Part shown: in pieces, positions 55,883 to 63,674 of the stretch | Position numbering within the stretch: the stretch's first letter is position 1 | Layout of the letters: every line of letters begins with the position of its first letter | Virus record (IMG/VR): IMGVR_UViG_3300017763_000007 | Strand: one strand, 5' to 3' | Source of the DNA: a virus | Length of the DNA: 64,000 nt | Notes under the pieces: model-generated | Told to the model about the DNA's origin: nothing | Seen by the model: only the letters and a program-made list of their open reading frames with translations | Databases searched by the model: none | Translations under genes and position numbers: made by a program

Positions 55883-56571
55883 AGTTTTATTTTGACGGTG
55901 ATTCATTTACATATGGTGGGGGCCTCAAAAAAGTATTAGGTATAGATCCAGAAGATGTAAGGTGGTCTAAGTTAGTATGTGATCACTTTGGTGCTGAAGA
56001 AATAAACTTATCTTCTTGTGGTTCTAGTAACGATGCAGTTATAAGGCACATTTTCAGTAAACCTACTAGTGAGGTTTATGATTTTTATTTTCTGCAAACC
56101 ACTATTCCTACTAGAGGTGAGTTTTTTGATCCTAAAACGCAGGGGTGGACAAGATATAGTTTTGGGAAGGGTATGAAGGAGAAATGTATATCTCGGTGGG
56201 GACCTATAGAAGGAGCAAAGTTTATACAGTGGATGGAGTTTGGATTTAGTAGAGTCTATAATGATCATTATGGAAAAACTAAAGAAACTATTGTATACAA
56301 TGCAATGAAAGCATACGTTGCATCTGTGGGTCGAGCAAGAAGATCTTTCTTTAGTACGTTGGTACCTTTTCAATGCACTGATAATAAGTATGATCTGTAT
56401 CACATAGGCAAAAGGGACTGGCCTAAGGATAAACCTATGCCACCAGAACTATTGGTATATGATAAAATACCCGACGATGGGCATCCTTCTGTAGAAGGAC
56501 ATAAGACGATAGCAAAATACGTTATAGATATAGTAAGTGAGCGACTAAGTGATGAGGGTTCAGTCTGCTAA
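55879..56571 (+). CDS. SGNH/GDSL hydrolase-like protein, paralog 2
   Basis: Same motifs; 54-nt identity 55229-55282 vs 55960-56013. Confidence 0.75.
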   Translation: MKFYFDGDSFTYGGGLKKVLGIDPEDVRWSKLVCDHFGAEEINLSSCGSSNDAVIRHIFSKPTSEVYDFYFLQTTIPTRGEFFDPKTQGWTRYSFGKGMKEKCISRWGPIEGAKFIQWMEFGFSRVYNDHYGKTKETIVYNAMKAYVASVGRARRSFFSTLVPFQCTDNKYDLYHIGKRDWPKDKPMPPELLVYDKIPDDGHPSVEGHKTIAKYVIDIVSERLSDEGSVC

Positions 56572-56887
56572 GGCAAAGGGTAGGAGACTACAACAGTGGG
56601 TGAGAGACATGCTCATCGAGATGTTAGAAGTACATCCTGAGGATGTTGAATCTAGATCTATGGGTGCGGGTGGTGAAGACATCATCATGGCACGTGCAGC
56701 TAGACAAAAGTTTCCTTTCTCAGTAGAATGTAAGAACACAGAAAAACTAAACGTCTGGGATGCGTATGACCAGGCATGTGCTAACTCTGGTGATTACGAA
56801 CCAATTCTCTTTATAAAAAAGAATGGCAGGAAACCACTCGCTGTACTCGATGCGGAAAGCTTTATTAGATCCAACCGACATGAATGA
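56552..56887 (+). CDS. PD-(D/E)xK endonuclease (resolvase-like)
   Basis: KAKGRRLQQ, MGAGGED, VECKN. Confidence 0.8.
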   Translation: MRVQSAKAKGRRLQQWVRDMLIEMLEVHPEDVESRSMGAGGEDIIMARAARQKFPFSVECKNTEKLNVWDAYDQACANSGDYEPILFIKKNGRKPLAVLDAESFIRSNRHE

Positions 56888-57116
56888 TTGGAGGTATTCT
56901 GAGGAACGAATGCTACTTCGTGCTGAAGTATTTCGTGCGTTATCTCATCACCTAAATGATCATTGTAGACTCGTCTATGAGTTTTGTCATGACTGGGTGA
57001 GTCAAGGTAATAAAACAACTACTGGAGTCGAGCAAAGATTCCAAGACTTCATCCGTGATTGTGCCGAAACTTTGTACACACTAACCCCTATTGAGGAACA
57101 TGCAGAAAATCATTAG
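56880..57116 (+). CDS. conserved hypothetical protein
   Basis: DWRYSEERM, VYEFCHDWV. Confidence 0.6.
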   Translation: MNDWRYSEERMLLRAEVFRALSHHLNDHCRLVYEFCHDWVSQGNKTTTGVEQRFQDFIRDCAETLYTLTPIEEHAENH

Positions 57117-57306
57117 CATCATGTCGATTTTTTCATTTGCAACTAGTCTTGCTGTTGTCAGCACCGCTGGTTATGTGTATGTAAACAAAGACAATATCAC
57201 AAACAACATCAAAGAGCAGGTCACCAAAGGAATTGAAGATGCAATTGTAGGTCAAATGGATGTTCCTTCTGTACCTGCGACCACTGGAGGCGTTCTTCCA
57301 TTCTAA
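57100..57306 (+). CDS. small membrane-anchored protein
   Basis: N-terminal TM; P-rich C-terminus. Confidence 0.6.
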   Translation: MQKIISIMSIFSFATSLAVVSTAGYVYVNKDNITNNIKEQVTKGIEDAIVGQMDVPSVPATTGGVLPF

Positions 57307-57309
57307 ATA
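57303..57309 (+). promoter_or_regulatory. late promoter (CTAAATA)
   Basis: Overlaps the stop codon, next to ATG 57310. Confidence 0.45.
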
Positions 57310-57816
57310 ATGCCAGTGTCTTTCTGGCGTATGGACGGTAAACCTAAGACTGAGGATAAGAAGGTAGAAGAGGCGAAAGTAGATAAGAATTGGTTGGGTA
57401 AACCAAAGAAAAATAAAGAAGAAGTCAAGGAAGACCAAGAAGATCGAATGCTGGCGTTGTCCACACTCGTTCGTCTTGGTATTCTTATTTGGTCTGGAGG
57501 AATTCTTACTCTTGCCTACATCAAACTACCTCCTGCACTAGGTATTCCAGAACAGAAACTCGATCCAACTTTCATCGCCAGTGTCTTTACTGGGGTTTTA
57601 GCTACCTTCGGGGTTCAGGCAGGTAAAAAAGCAAACGGTGCCAACGGTAGTGCTGGTATCAGTAAGGCAGATATGGAACGTCTTATTGATGCAGCAGCAC
57701 GTACTGCTCCTGCACAAACAATTCGGATTGAACAACAACCGTTGACAATTGGAACACAACCTCCTACTGTGTCCGAAGACGGTGCTCCTCCAGTGGTACC
57801 TCCTAAAAAGTCATGA
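57310..57816 (+). CDS. conserved cyanophage membrane protein
   Basis: LSTLVRLGILIWSGGILT, DPTFIASVFTGVLATFGV. Confidence 0.7.
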   Translation: MPVSFWRMDGKPKTEDKKVEEAKVDKNWLGKPKKNKEEVKEDQEDRMLALSTLVRLGILIWSGGILTLAYIKLPPALGIPEQKLDPTFIASVFTGVLATFGVQAGKKANGANGSAGISKADMERLIDAAARTAPAQTIRIEQQPLTIGTQPPTVSEDGAPPVVPPKKS

Positions 57817-57944
57817 ACCTTGCTGATGTTTTGTTGTGGGTATCAATTCCATTTGTGCTCGCCACTATAGCTTTCGGACTTTATAGGGGCGAGAACTTTT
57901 ATTATGAGAGTGATAAGTACGATGGTAATGGAACCGCACACTAA
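57813..57944 (+). CDS. ndhP: NDH-1 subunit NdhP homolog (43 aa)
   Basis: Translated by hand: MNLADVLLWVSIPFVLATIAFGLYRGENFYYESDKYDGNGTAH; TM plus Y..D.Y.GNG(S/T)AH tail is the NdhP signature. Confidence 0.8.
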   Translation: MNLADVLLWVSIPFVLATIAFGLYRGENFYYESDKYDGNGTAH

Positions 57945-58083
57945 GGAAGAAGTGCAGAAAATGATTGATGCTGCCATGGCAAAGCATAATCGTAATGCTT
58001 CTGCTATTAGTATCGTACTTGGTTCAGTAGCACTTATCGGTTATGCTGATGGGATGCTTCGTATTATTGAGAAACTCAAATGA
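57928..58083 (+). CDS. small membrane protein (51 aa, HNRNA motif)
   Basis: Translated by hand: MEPHTKEEVQKMIDAAMAKHNRNASAISIVLG... Confidence 0.6.
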   Translation: MEPHTKEEVQKMIDAAMAKHNRNASAISIVLGSVALIGYADGMLRIIEKLK

Positions 58084-58535
58084 AAGTTGGAATGATTGGT
58101 CTGGGGCGTAGAGGTGAGGGAATGTCTCGCCGTATGCTCAAAGCAGATATTGAAGTTTGGGGGTATAGTAAAGACTATACAAAATCCTCTGAGCAATATG
58201 ATACTGGATATGTAAGTGGTGTTACCACTTCATTGAAAATTCTGGTTGATAGAGTAAAGAACGATACCAATAAACATGTACGTGTAGGAAAAGTTCCTGG
58301 TATATTTCAACTAGCAATTCCTGAAGAGAAGGTAGACGAAACACTTGATGAGTTGCTGCCATTACTTGAGGAAGGTGATATCATTATTGATTACAGTAGT
58401 GATAACGTAGATAAATGCATTGAACTAGAAAAATATTGTTCTAAGTTAGGTGTCTCTTATCTTTTTGGTGGAGTGTATGGTGCAACTTATGCCGTTGCTA
58501 CTTGCCAGAAAATTTTTGAATCGTTATCTGCATGA
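58080..58535 (+). CDS. gnd: truncated 6-phosphogluconate dehydrogenase-like protein (NAD(P)-binding domain only)
   Basis: KVGMIGLGRRGEGMSRR, EGDIIID, GGVYG, AVATC; only 151 aa. Confidence 0.75.
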   Translation: MKVGMIGLGRRGEGMSRRMLKADIEVWGYSKDYTKSSEQYDTGYVSGVTTSLKILVDRVKNDTNKHVRVGKVPGIFQLAIPEEKVDETLDELLPLLEEGDIIIDYSSDNVDKCIELEKYCSKLGVSYLFGGVYGATYAVATCQKIFESLSA

Positions 58536-58738
58536 ACCCTGCTGAAACTCAGGCATATAACTTTGCAATGTCATCGTTTGCCAGGATGTTTGGAATTAGG
58601 TATACTCAATCCGATGATTCTATACATAAATTTTGTCGCTATTGGGCACTGTCTGGAGAAGTTGCACCTTCAGGTGGTCTTACGAAAGTTGATTTCTATT
58701 TTAGAGATCATTGGGAAATCTGGGGAGGACACCTATGA
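58532..58738 (+). CDS. hypothetical protein
   Basis: Coupled ORF. Confidence 0.5.
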   Translation: MNPAETQAYNFAMSSFARMFGIRYTQSDDSIHKFCRYWALSGEVAPSGGLTKVDFYFRDHWEIWGGHL

Positions 58739-58896
58739 CCCACATCGCACTCAAGGCAGCACACATTGCTGCTGCCACACTCAATAATCCTTTTGGAATT
58801 GGAACACTTAGTCTTGCATTAGTTTTTGTTCCTATTATTGGTATGCATTTCGTTCACAAGTATGGGTGGCAACACTGGGCACCATTTCATAAATGA
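58735..58896 (+). CDS. small membrane protein
   Basis: LNNP..G.LSLALVFVPIIGM..VHKYGWQHWAPF. Confidence 0.6.
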   Translation: MTHIALKAAHIAAATLNNPFGIGTLSLALVFVPIIGMHFVHKYGWQHWAPFHK

Positions 58897-59120
58897 ATCT
58901 GTTATTACGTCCTCTTGATAATGCAAGTGATCCTGTATGGTCAGTGATCATTATGGTGATACTTGCTCTTGCTATGGCATTTTATGTCATCTTATACATA
59001 CTAGGCATTGATCAGAGGGAAAGTGGAGATTCCGGGGATCAATATCAATCCAGTGGGAATCAAACGTCTACAGATCGGGGAACTGAACATCAGGGACACG
59101 GGGATTCGGACCATCCCTGA
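58893..59120 (+). CDS. small membrane protein
   Basis: LLLRPL..DPVWSVIIMV. Confidence 0.55.
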   Translation: MNLLLRPLDNASDPVWSVIIMVILALAMAFYVILYILGIDQRESGDSGDQYQSSGNQTSTDRGTEHQGHGDSDHP

Positions 59121-59793
59121 CTGGGTACAGTCTAGTCCACAAGCAATTCCAATCTATCCACCAGTCACTACACAGGTGGGGACTCCTATTGTCAATATTC
59201 CTGGATGTGTCGAGGCACACAGAGATAGTAGTGAAAATCAAAATCTAAAAAATGAGGATAGAGAAGGCACAGTTGCCTACTGTGACGCTGGAACACCTTC
59301 ATTCAGTCCTATTGATTATGATAAAGACAATTTAGATATCACACAAAAGTCACCACCACCACCTATTATTCCTCCATCTAAAAACCCGGAGGAGCAGAAG
59401 ACACCTGCACAACCTGCCATACCAAAAAGACCCTCATGTAAGGAGGGTGAAAAATATAATGAGGCAAAACGAGTTTGTGAAAGGATAGTGGTTGAGGTTC
59501 CTGAAGAACAACAGATACCATGGACTGAGCAGTATCTCCCACCACTACCACTAGTAACTACTACCGCCGCAATCGCTGTAGTTGCGACGACTTCTGCACT
59601 GCTCGCAAAACCTCTCGCTGATCTTCTTTTGAAAGTGGTGAAACCTGTGACGAAGAAAGTGGTGAAGAAGATTGCTGCAATACGGAAGAAGGAGATCCCG
59701 GTACTATCTTTGTCTGCGAGGAGGGACGAGCAACGGGAACGGAACCAGGCGATTCGGACGTTGAAGTCTGCCCTCCGCCAAAGGAAGAGATAG
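59023..59793 (+). CDS. conserved cyanophage protein with Pro-rich linker and TM
   Basis: GTG after GAGGGA; IPGCVEAH, YCDAGTPSF, ATTSALLAKPLAD. Confidence 0.7.
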   Translation: MEIPGININPVGIKRLQIGELNIRDTGIRTIPDWVQSSPQAIPIYPPVTTQVGTPIVNIPGCVEAHRDSSENQNLKNEDREGTVAYCDAGTPSFSPIDYDKDNLDITQKSPPPPIIPPSKNPEEQKTPAQPAIPKRPSCKEGEKYNEAKRVCERIVVEVPEEQQIPWTEQYLPPLPLVTTTAAIAVVATTSALLAKPLADLLLKVVKPVTKKVVKKIAAIRKKEIPVLSLSARRDEQRERNQAIRTLKSALRQRKR

Positions 59794-60598
59794 GTTGTGG
59801 AATTTTATGTCGGTGTGGTCTGATAACATCAACATTATCTACTACCACATCTGCACAGATGGAAGCATAATATGAACCGGGTCTGAAATAAATTCCAGAT
59901 TTTTTCAATTCTCCGCAATTTTTCAATCTCGCAATCTCAAAGTCCAAACGTTTGTTAGCAATCAACTGTTGCTGCATTTGGATTTGAGTATCTGCTGCTT
60001 GCTTACAACGCTCTTGTAGTCCACCATCAAGTGGGAAAGAGATCGTTGCAGATAAACCAAGACTTGTGCTGTAGTTTCTAGTGTCACCAGTTCTTATGGG
60101 TTTCTGCCAAAGTTCTGATCCAGGACTATCTGGCACCCCATCTCCCTGCATCTCCATAACAGTGATAGGCATATCTGCACCATCTTCATAGGCACGAACC
60201 TCATCACCCTCTGAGTTGGTATATGATCTATCATCATACCAAGATTCCCATGGCCAGTTCTTCACATTTTTTGTAACTTCTACTAGTTGTCCTTCAAAAT
60301 CTCTGTTGTCATACTGAGGTTCCATGTAGTGTGTCTCAAATGGATCCTTTGTATTACGAGCATGAGTAATAAAGGGTGTAATGTTAGCAGTAGGTCCTTG
60401 ACATGCAATACCTCCACCGTATTGATTGGTGATGTAAGGACCTTGTAATACCTGAATAGCTTGGTTCGTAACTGAGCCTGAGCTATTCGCGATTGGAGAT
60501 GCTGTTGCACTTACACCCCCGACATCTGCCGCCAGTGTGGCAGGGGCAGTCGCAAGTTGAGTTAGACATAATACTACTGGGTAAAGATACTTGTGGTG
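59561..60598 (-). CDS. secreted-type protein; coding frame extends 91 codons above the first ATG, with no canonical start
   Basis: Frame open 60781-59561; HHKYLYPVVLCLTQLATAPATLA|ADVGGVSATASPIANSSGSVTNQAIQVLQGPY...; no ATG/GTG/TTG before 60325. Confidence 0.7.
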   Translation of the reverse strand, partial: HHKYLYPVVLCLTQLATAPATLAADVGGVSATASPIANSSGSVTNQAIQVLQGPYITNQYGGGIACQGPTANITPFITHARNTKDPFETHYMEPQYDNRDFEGQLVEVTKNVKNWPWESWYDDRSYTNSEGDEVRAYEDGADMPITVMEMQGDGVPDSPGSELWQKPIRTGDTRNYSTSLGLSATISFPLDGGLQERCKQAADTQIQMQQQLIANKRLDFEIARLKNCGELKKSGIYFRPGSYYASICADVVVDNVDVIRPHRHKIPQPISSFGGGQTSTSESPGSVPVARPSSQTKIVPGSPSSVLQQSSSPLSSSQVSPLSKEDQREVLRAVQKSSQLQRLRR

Positions 60599-61025
60599 TC
60601 GGTTACGCTGGTGACCTCCGTGACCCTTTGGATCACAGTTTGATTTGAGATTCCTGGTCCTCGATATGTCTGAGTGAACTGAAACGCTTCTCCTGGATTT
60701 GTTATTTTGAATGCTGGACTGTTGTTGAAATTCAACGCAGACTGGGTCGATGTTACTTGTCCTTCGACTCCCCCATGGGGGTCACTGTTACTGTTGATGT
60801 ATTTGCAGGTGGAGTTAGAGATTGTCCTCCGTTGTCCACGTTTGTTCCCGTTACTGAGTATTCCCATCCTGTTGAATAATCTATAGAGTTGATCGTTTCA
60901 GATACCTTTGAAGTGGTTTCCGTGTGGCTAGTCATGGAGCCCTGTGTGAAGTTGGGCACTACCGGCACGGAATACACTGGTGAGGCAATACTAAGCAACG
61001 CCAATGTCGCCAGTATTTTATACAT
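60574..61025 (-). pseudogene. secreted-type protein split by a -1 frameshift at a G5 run
   Basis: N-half (signal peptide, VPVVPNFTQGSM) stops at 60753; C-half GGVEGQV...VTDTTSIFTQ is in the -1 frame; one extra G at CCCCCATGGGGG (60770-60781) joins them. Confidence 0.75.
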
Positions 61026-61520
61026 TTACCGAACCGTGATTTCAGTTACTACTTGTCCTGTGGCACTGGTGCCACCGCCGCCTGCGGTCAAACCAATTAC
61101 GCCAGCACTTGTAATAGTACCTGCTAAATCACCAGCAACACCAACAGCAGTGCTAGTTTGATTTGAATAAGCATTCACCGCACCAACAGTAGGAGCTGTA
61201 GTTACGATTGCATCCCCGGCGGTATAAGAAGAACTGAAGGAGAAAGCACTCCCTGCAGTTTGCTGAGTTGCTGTGATTGATGGTGGAGCTGCAACACCAT
61301 TAGACCCAACAGTTCCAAGACCACCTACTACACCTGCTGTGGTGCCGTCTGAGGTGGTCACTCCGTTACCGGAGACACTGAGAGAGTTACCAATCCGCTG
61401 CACATTGGTTGCGGCAGCATCAACTGTCAATTGAACTGATGATGTAATACGGTGTGTCAGGTCTGCTCTAGCAGCACTACCCATACTGAGTAATGCCACA
61501 ATAAAAAGTAATCTTTTCAT
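61026..61520 (-). CDS. secreted-type Gly/Thr/Ser-rich protein
   Basis: Signal peptide MKRLLFIVALLSMGSAARA; DLTHRITSSVQL. Confidence 0.75.
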   Translation of the reverse strand: MKRLLFIVALLSMGSAARADLTHRITSSVQLTVDAAATNVQRIGNSLSVSGNGVTTSDGTTAGVVGGLGTVGSNGVAAPPSITATQQTAGSAFSFSSSYTAGDAIVTTAPTVGAVNAYSNQTSTAVGVAGDLAGTITSAGVIGLTAGGGGTSATGQVVTEITVR

Positions 61521-61582
61521 TGCATACCCTTAGAAATTGTACCTATTTTATATATGATATATAACAAGTGATCTTGATTACT

Positions 61583-62236
61583 ATGAAGATTTTTCTGGAT
61601 ACTGCTGACACCGATATTATCAATCAGTATCTGCCAAGTGGGTTGATTGATGGGGTAACTACTAACCCTACACTCATGCTAAAAAGTGGTAAATGTCCTG
61701 ATGATGTTTATCAAGAACTAGCAGACATGGGTCTCCCTGACATTAGTATGGAAGTGGGTGGTAACGCCATGGAAATGCTTGAAGAAGGAAGACGTTTATC
61801 TACTAAGTTTGGAAAGTGTGCTACTATAAAGGTACCTTGCACACCTGATGGACTTTGGGTATGTAAAGAACTATCACGTGATCTTATTAGAGTCAATGTC
61901 ACTTTGATTTTTGCTGCATCACAAGCAATCCTTGCTGCTAAAGCAGGTGCATATTATGTTTCTCCGTTTGTGGGTCGCTATGATGACAACAGTATTAGTG
62001 GTTTAGAACTTGTCCGTTCTATTTCTGAGGTCTATGCTCGTCAGGGGGTTCGTACTGAAGTCTTAGCAGCATCACTTCGTGATGTGTATAAAGTTTCTCG
62101 TTGTTTCTACAACGGTGCAAGCGTAGTAACCATGCCCCCGGCAGTGTTTGAAAAAATGTTCAATCATGTGCTGACGGATAAGGGACTCGAAATTTTTGAT
62201 CAAAACTTGGAAGAAATTCGTAATGCGAATCATTGA
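61583..62236 (+). CDS. talC: transaldolase TalC
   Basis: IFLDTAD, GVTTNPTL, IKVP, NVTLIF, SPFVGR, LAASLR. Confidence 0.96.
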   Translation: MKIFLDTADTDIINQYLPSGLIDGVTTNPTLMLKSGKCPDDVYQELADMGLPDISMEVGGNAMEMLEEGRRLSTKFGKCATIKVPCTPDGLWVCKELSRDLIRVNVTLIFAASQAILAAKAGAYYVSPFVGRYDDNSISGLELVRSISEVYARQGVRTEVLAASLRDVYKVSRCFYNGASVVTMPPAVFEKMFNHVLTDKGLEIFDQNLEEIRNANH

Positions 62237-62774
62237 CTATCCCGTTTCTCCTGAACTGATTGATCTCTGCGTTCAAGAGATTGAAGCAAAAAAGAAACAT
62301 GACTGCTGGGGTATCAGCAAGTGGAAGTGGGGTGCAACTTTGATGACCTCTTCTATGAAGAGTTTTTGTCTTTCTGCAAAACCTTGTACGGATCTCTACA
62401 AGAGACTTCGTAATGAGACTTCTCCTTGGTTACCGTTTGTTCCTACTGCTATCAACTATCATGTATGGTTGCCTGGGTCTGGAATCAACTGGCATAACGA
62501 TGCTGACTATGTTTATGGTGCCACCCTCCACCTGAAGGACTGGCCACCTGAGCACGGTGGTATTTTTATGTGGAAGGAAAATGGTACTGATGTCCTTCAT
62601 TCAATATATCCAAAGAAAAATACCCTGGTAATCAATGAGGGAGAAGAACGGCATGCTGTCTCTCCTATTGTTGTTAGTGAAAAGGACGCCGGACTAAGAA
62701 TGTCCGTTCAATTATTCTGTACCAAAGAAGCAGCACACCAAGCACGTAGAAGTGGAGGAGGTCGAACGGTCTAA
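62223..62774 (+). CDS. 2OG-Fe(II) oxygenase
   Basis: WHND (HxD), distal H in RHAV, R in RMSVQ. Confidence 0.85.
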   Translation: MRIIDYPVSPELIDLCVQEIEAKKKHDCWGISKWKWGATLMTSSMKSFCLSAKPCTDLYKRLRNETSPWLPFVPTAINYHVWLPGSGINWHNDADYVYGATLHLKDWPPEHGGIFMWKENGTDVLHSIYPKKNTLVINEGEERHAVSPIVVSEKDAGLRMSVQLFCTKEAAHQARRSGGGRTV

Positions 62775-63037
62775 TGGATTTCAAAGTAAAATGTTTGCAA
62801 TGTAATAATGAAATTGAAGACATCGGTAAGTTTTGTACTTGCGGGTGTCCTAATGGTCTTTCGTTTTGTAACGGTAAGATCACTGCTATGGATATGGGAC
62901 TCGTAGTAGAGATCCCCATTCATAAGCAAGAATCCAAGGTACATAAACAAAGTAGTTACCTGTCCCCCGAAGACTTGCTCTTCCAAGAGCAGAGACGGCA
63001 ACGAGACTTCAAGAAATTGTCGTATGACGTACGATAA
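62774..63037 (+). CDS. conserved Cys-motif hypothetical protein
   Basis: VKCLQCN, CTCGCPN, DFEVR-like end. Confidence 0.65.
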   Translation: MDFKVKCLQCNNEIEDIGKFCTCGCPNGLSFCNGKITAMDMGLVVEIPIHKQESKVHKQSSYLSPEDLLFQEQRRQRDFKKLSYDVR

Positions 63038-63040
63038 ATA

Positions 63041-63069
63041 TTGACAGGATCCGCTGGGTCCTTTATACT
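63041..63069 (+). promoter_or_regulatory. sigma70-type promoter with palindromic spacer
   Basis: TTGACA-17-TATACT; spacer AGGATCC-GCT-GGGTCCT. Confidence 0.8.
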
Positions 63070-63090
63070 ATAGACAACTTTACTACCACA

Positions 63091-63318
63091 ATGTCCCGAG
63101 GAGTCTTCCTTTCCAAATTCAAGAACTATACTAAGATCTTGGTAGATGCAGTAGAGGAAAAAACAGATCTTGAATATGAGCATCCTTCTCTGTATGAAAA
63201 TCTAATTTCTCACTACAAAGATCAGGAAGTTTATTTTTACGAAGACCAGGACAAAAATTATAATGTATTGATTGATAAGTTAGAATACGATCTTCTAAAT
63301 TCTGGCGTGTGGGGATGA
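63091..63318 (+). CDS. conserved hypothetical protein
   Basis: Clean ORF after the promoter. Confidence 0.6.
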   Translation: MSRGVFLSKFKNYTKILVDAVEEKTDLEYEHPSLYENLISHYKDQEVYFYEDQDKNYNVLIDKLEYDLLNSGVWG

Positions 63319-63674
63319 AAGAGAATCGCCCCTGGGGTTGGTATGAAACTATTGAAGACGGCGAAGGATACAGAGTAAAAAAAATCCACGTCAATTCAGG
63401 GCAACGTTTCTCACTTCAATTCCATAGAAAAAGATCTGAACACTGGGTCATCATTGATGGTTCAGGTACGGTCACGCTTGGAGACTCTGACTACGAGGCT
63501 AGACCTGGTAGTTGCTTTACCATAGGTATTGAGCAACGGCACCGTGCTACTGCAAGTGAGGAAGGTCTTACTTTTATTGAGGTGCAGAGAGGAGAGTGTA
63601 GTGAAAGAGATATTGTCAGAATAGAGGACGACTATGGTCGTCACATACCAACCTTTTTGGAAATGTTGACATGA
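63315..63674 (+). CDS. mannose-6-phosphate isomerase-like cupin (ManC C-terminal type)
   Basis: RPWGWY, SLQFH..RSEHW, IEVQRG, DIVRIEDDYGR. Confidence 0.9.
   Translation: MKENRPWGWYETIEDGEGYRVKKIHVNSGQRFSLQFHRKRSEHWVIIDGSGTVTLGDSDYEARPGSCFTIGIEQRHRATASEEGLTFIEVQRGECSERDIVRIEDDYGRHIPTFLEMLT

Noticed and set aside
55151-56571. DGR template/variable-repeat pair or CRISPR-like array
   Set aside because: Both copies are full coupled genes, differences are not adenine-specific, and no reverse transcriptase or regular repeat-spacer pattern is present in the window
60483-60569. Cys-rich 28-aa peptide MSNSTCDCPCHTGGRCRGCKCNSISNRE (metallothionein-like look)
   Set aside because: It is an alternative frame of an Ala/Val-rich coding segment, where GCx/GTx codons generate TGC/TGT; kept only as a possible start site in the recoding finding
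63038-63314. Possible manA RNA motif upstream of the Man-6-P isomerase cupin
   Set aside because: Only about 53 nt of non-coding space, largely occupied by the promoter; too short for this motif
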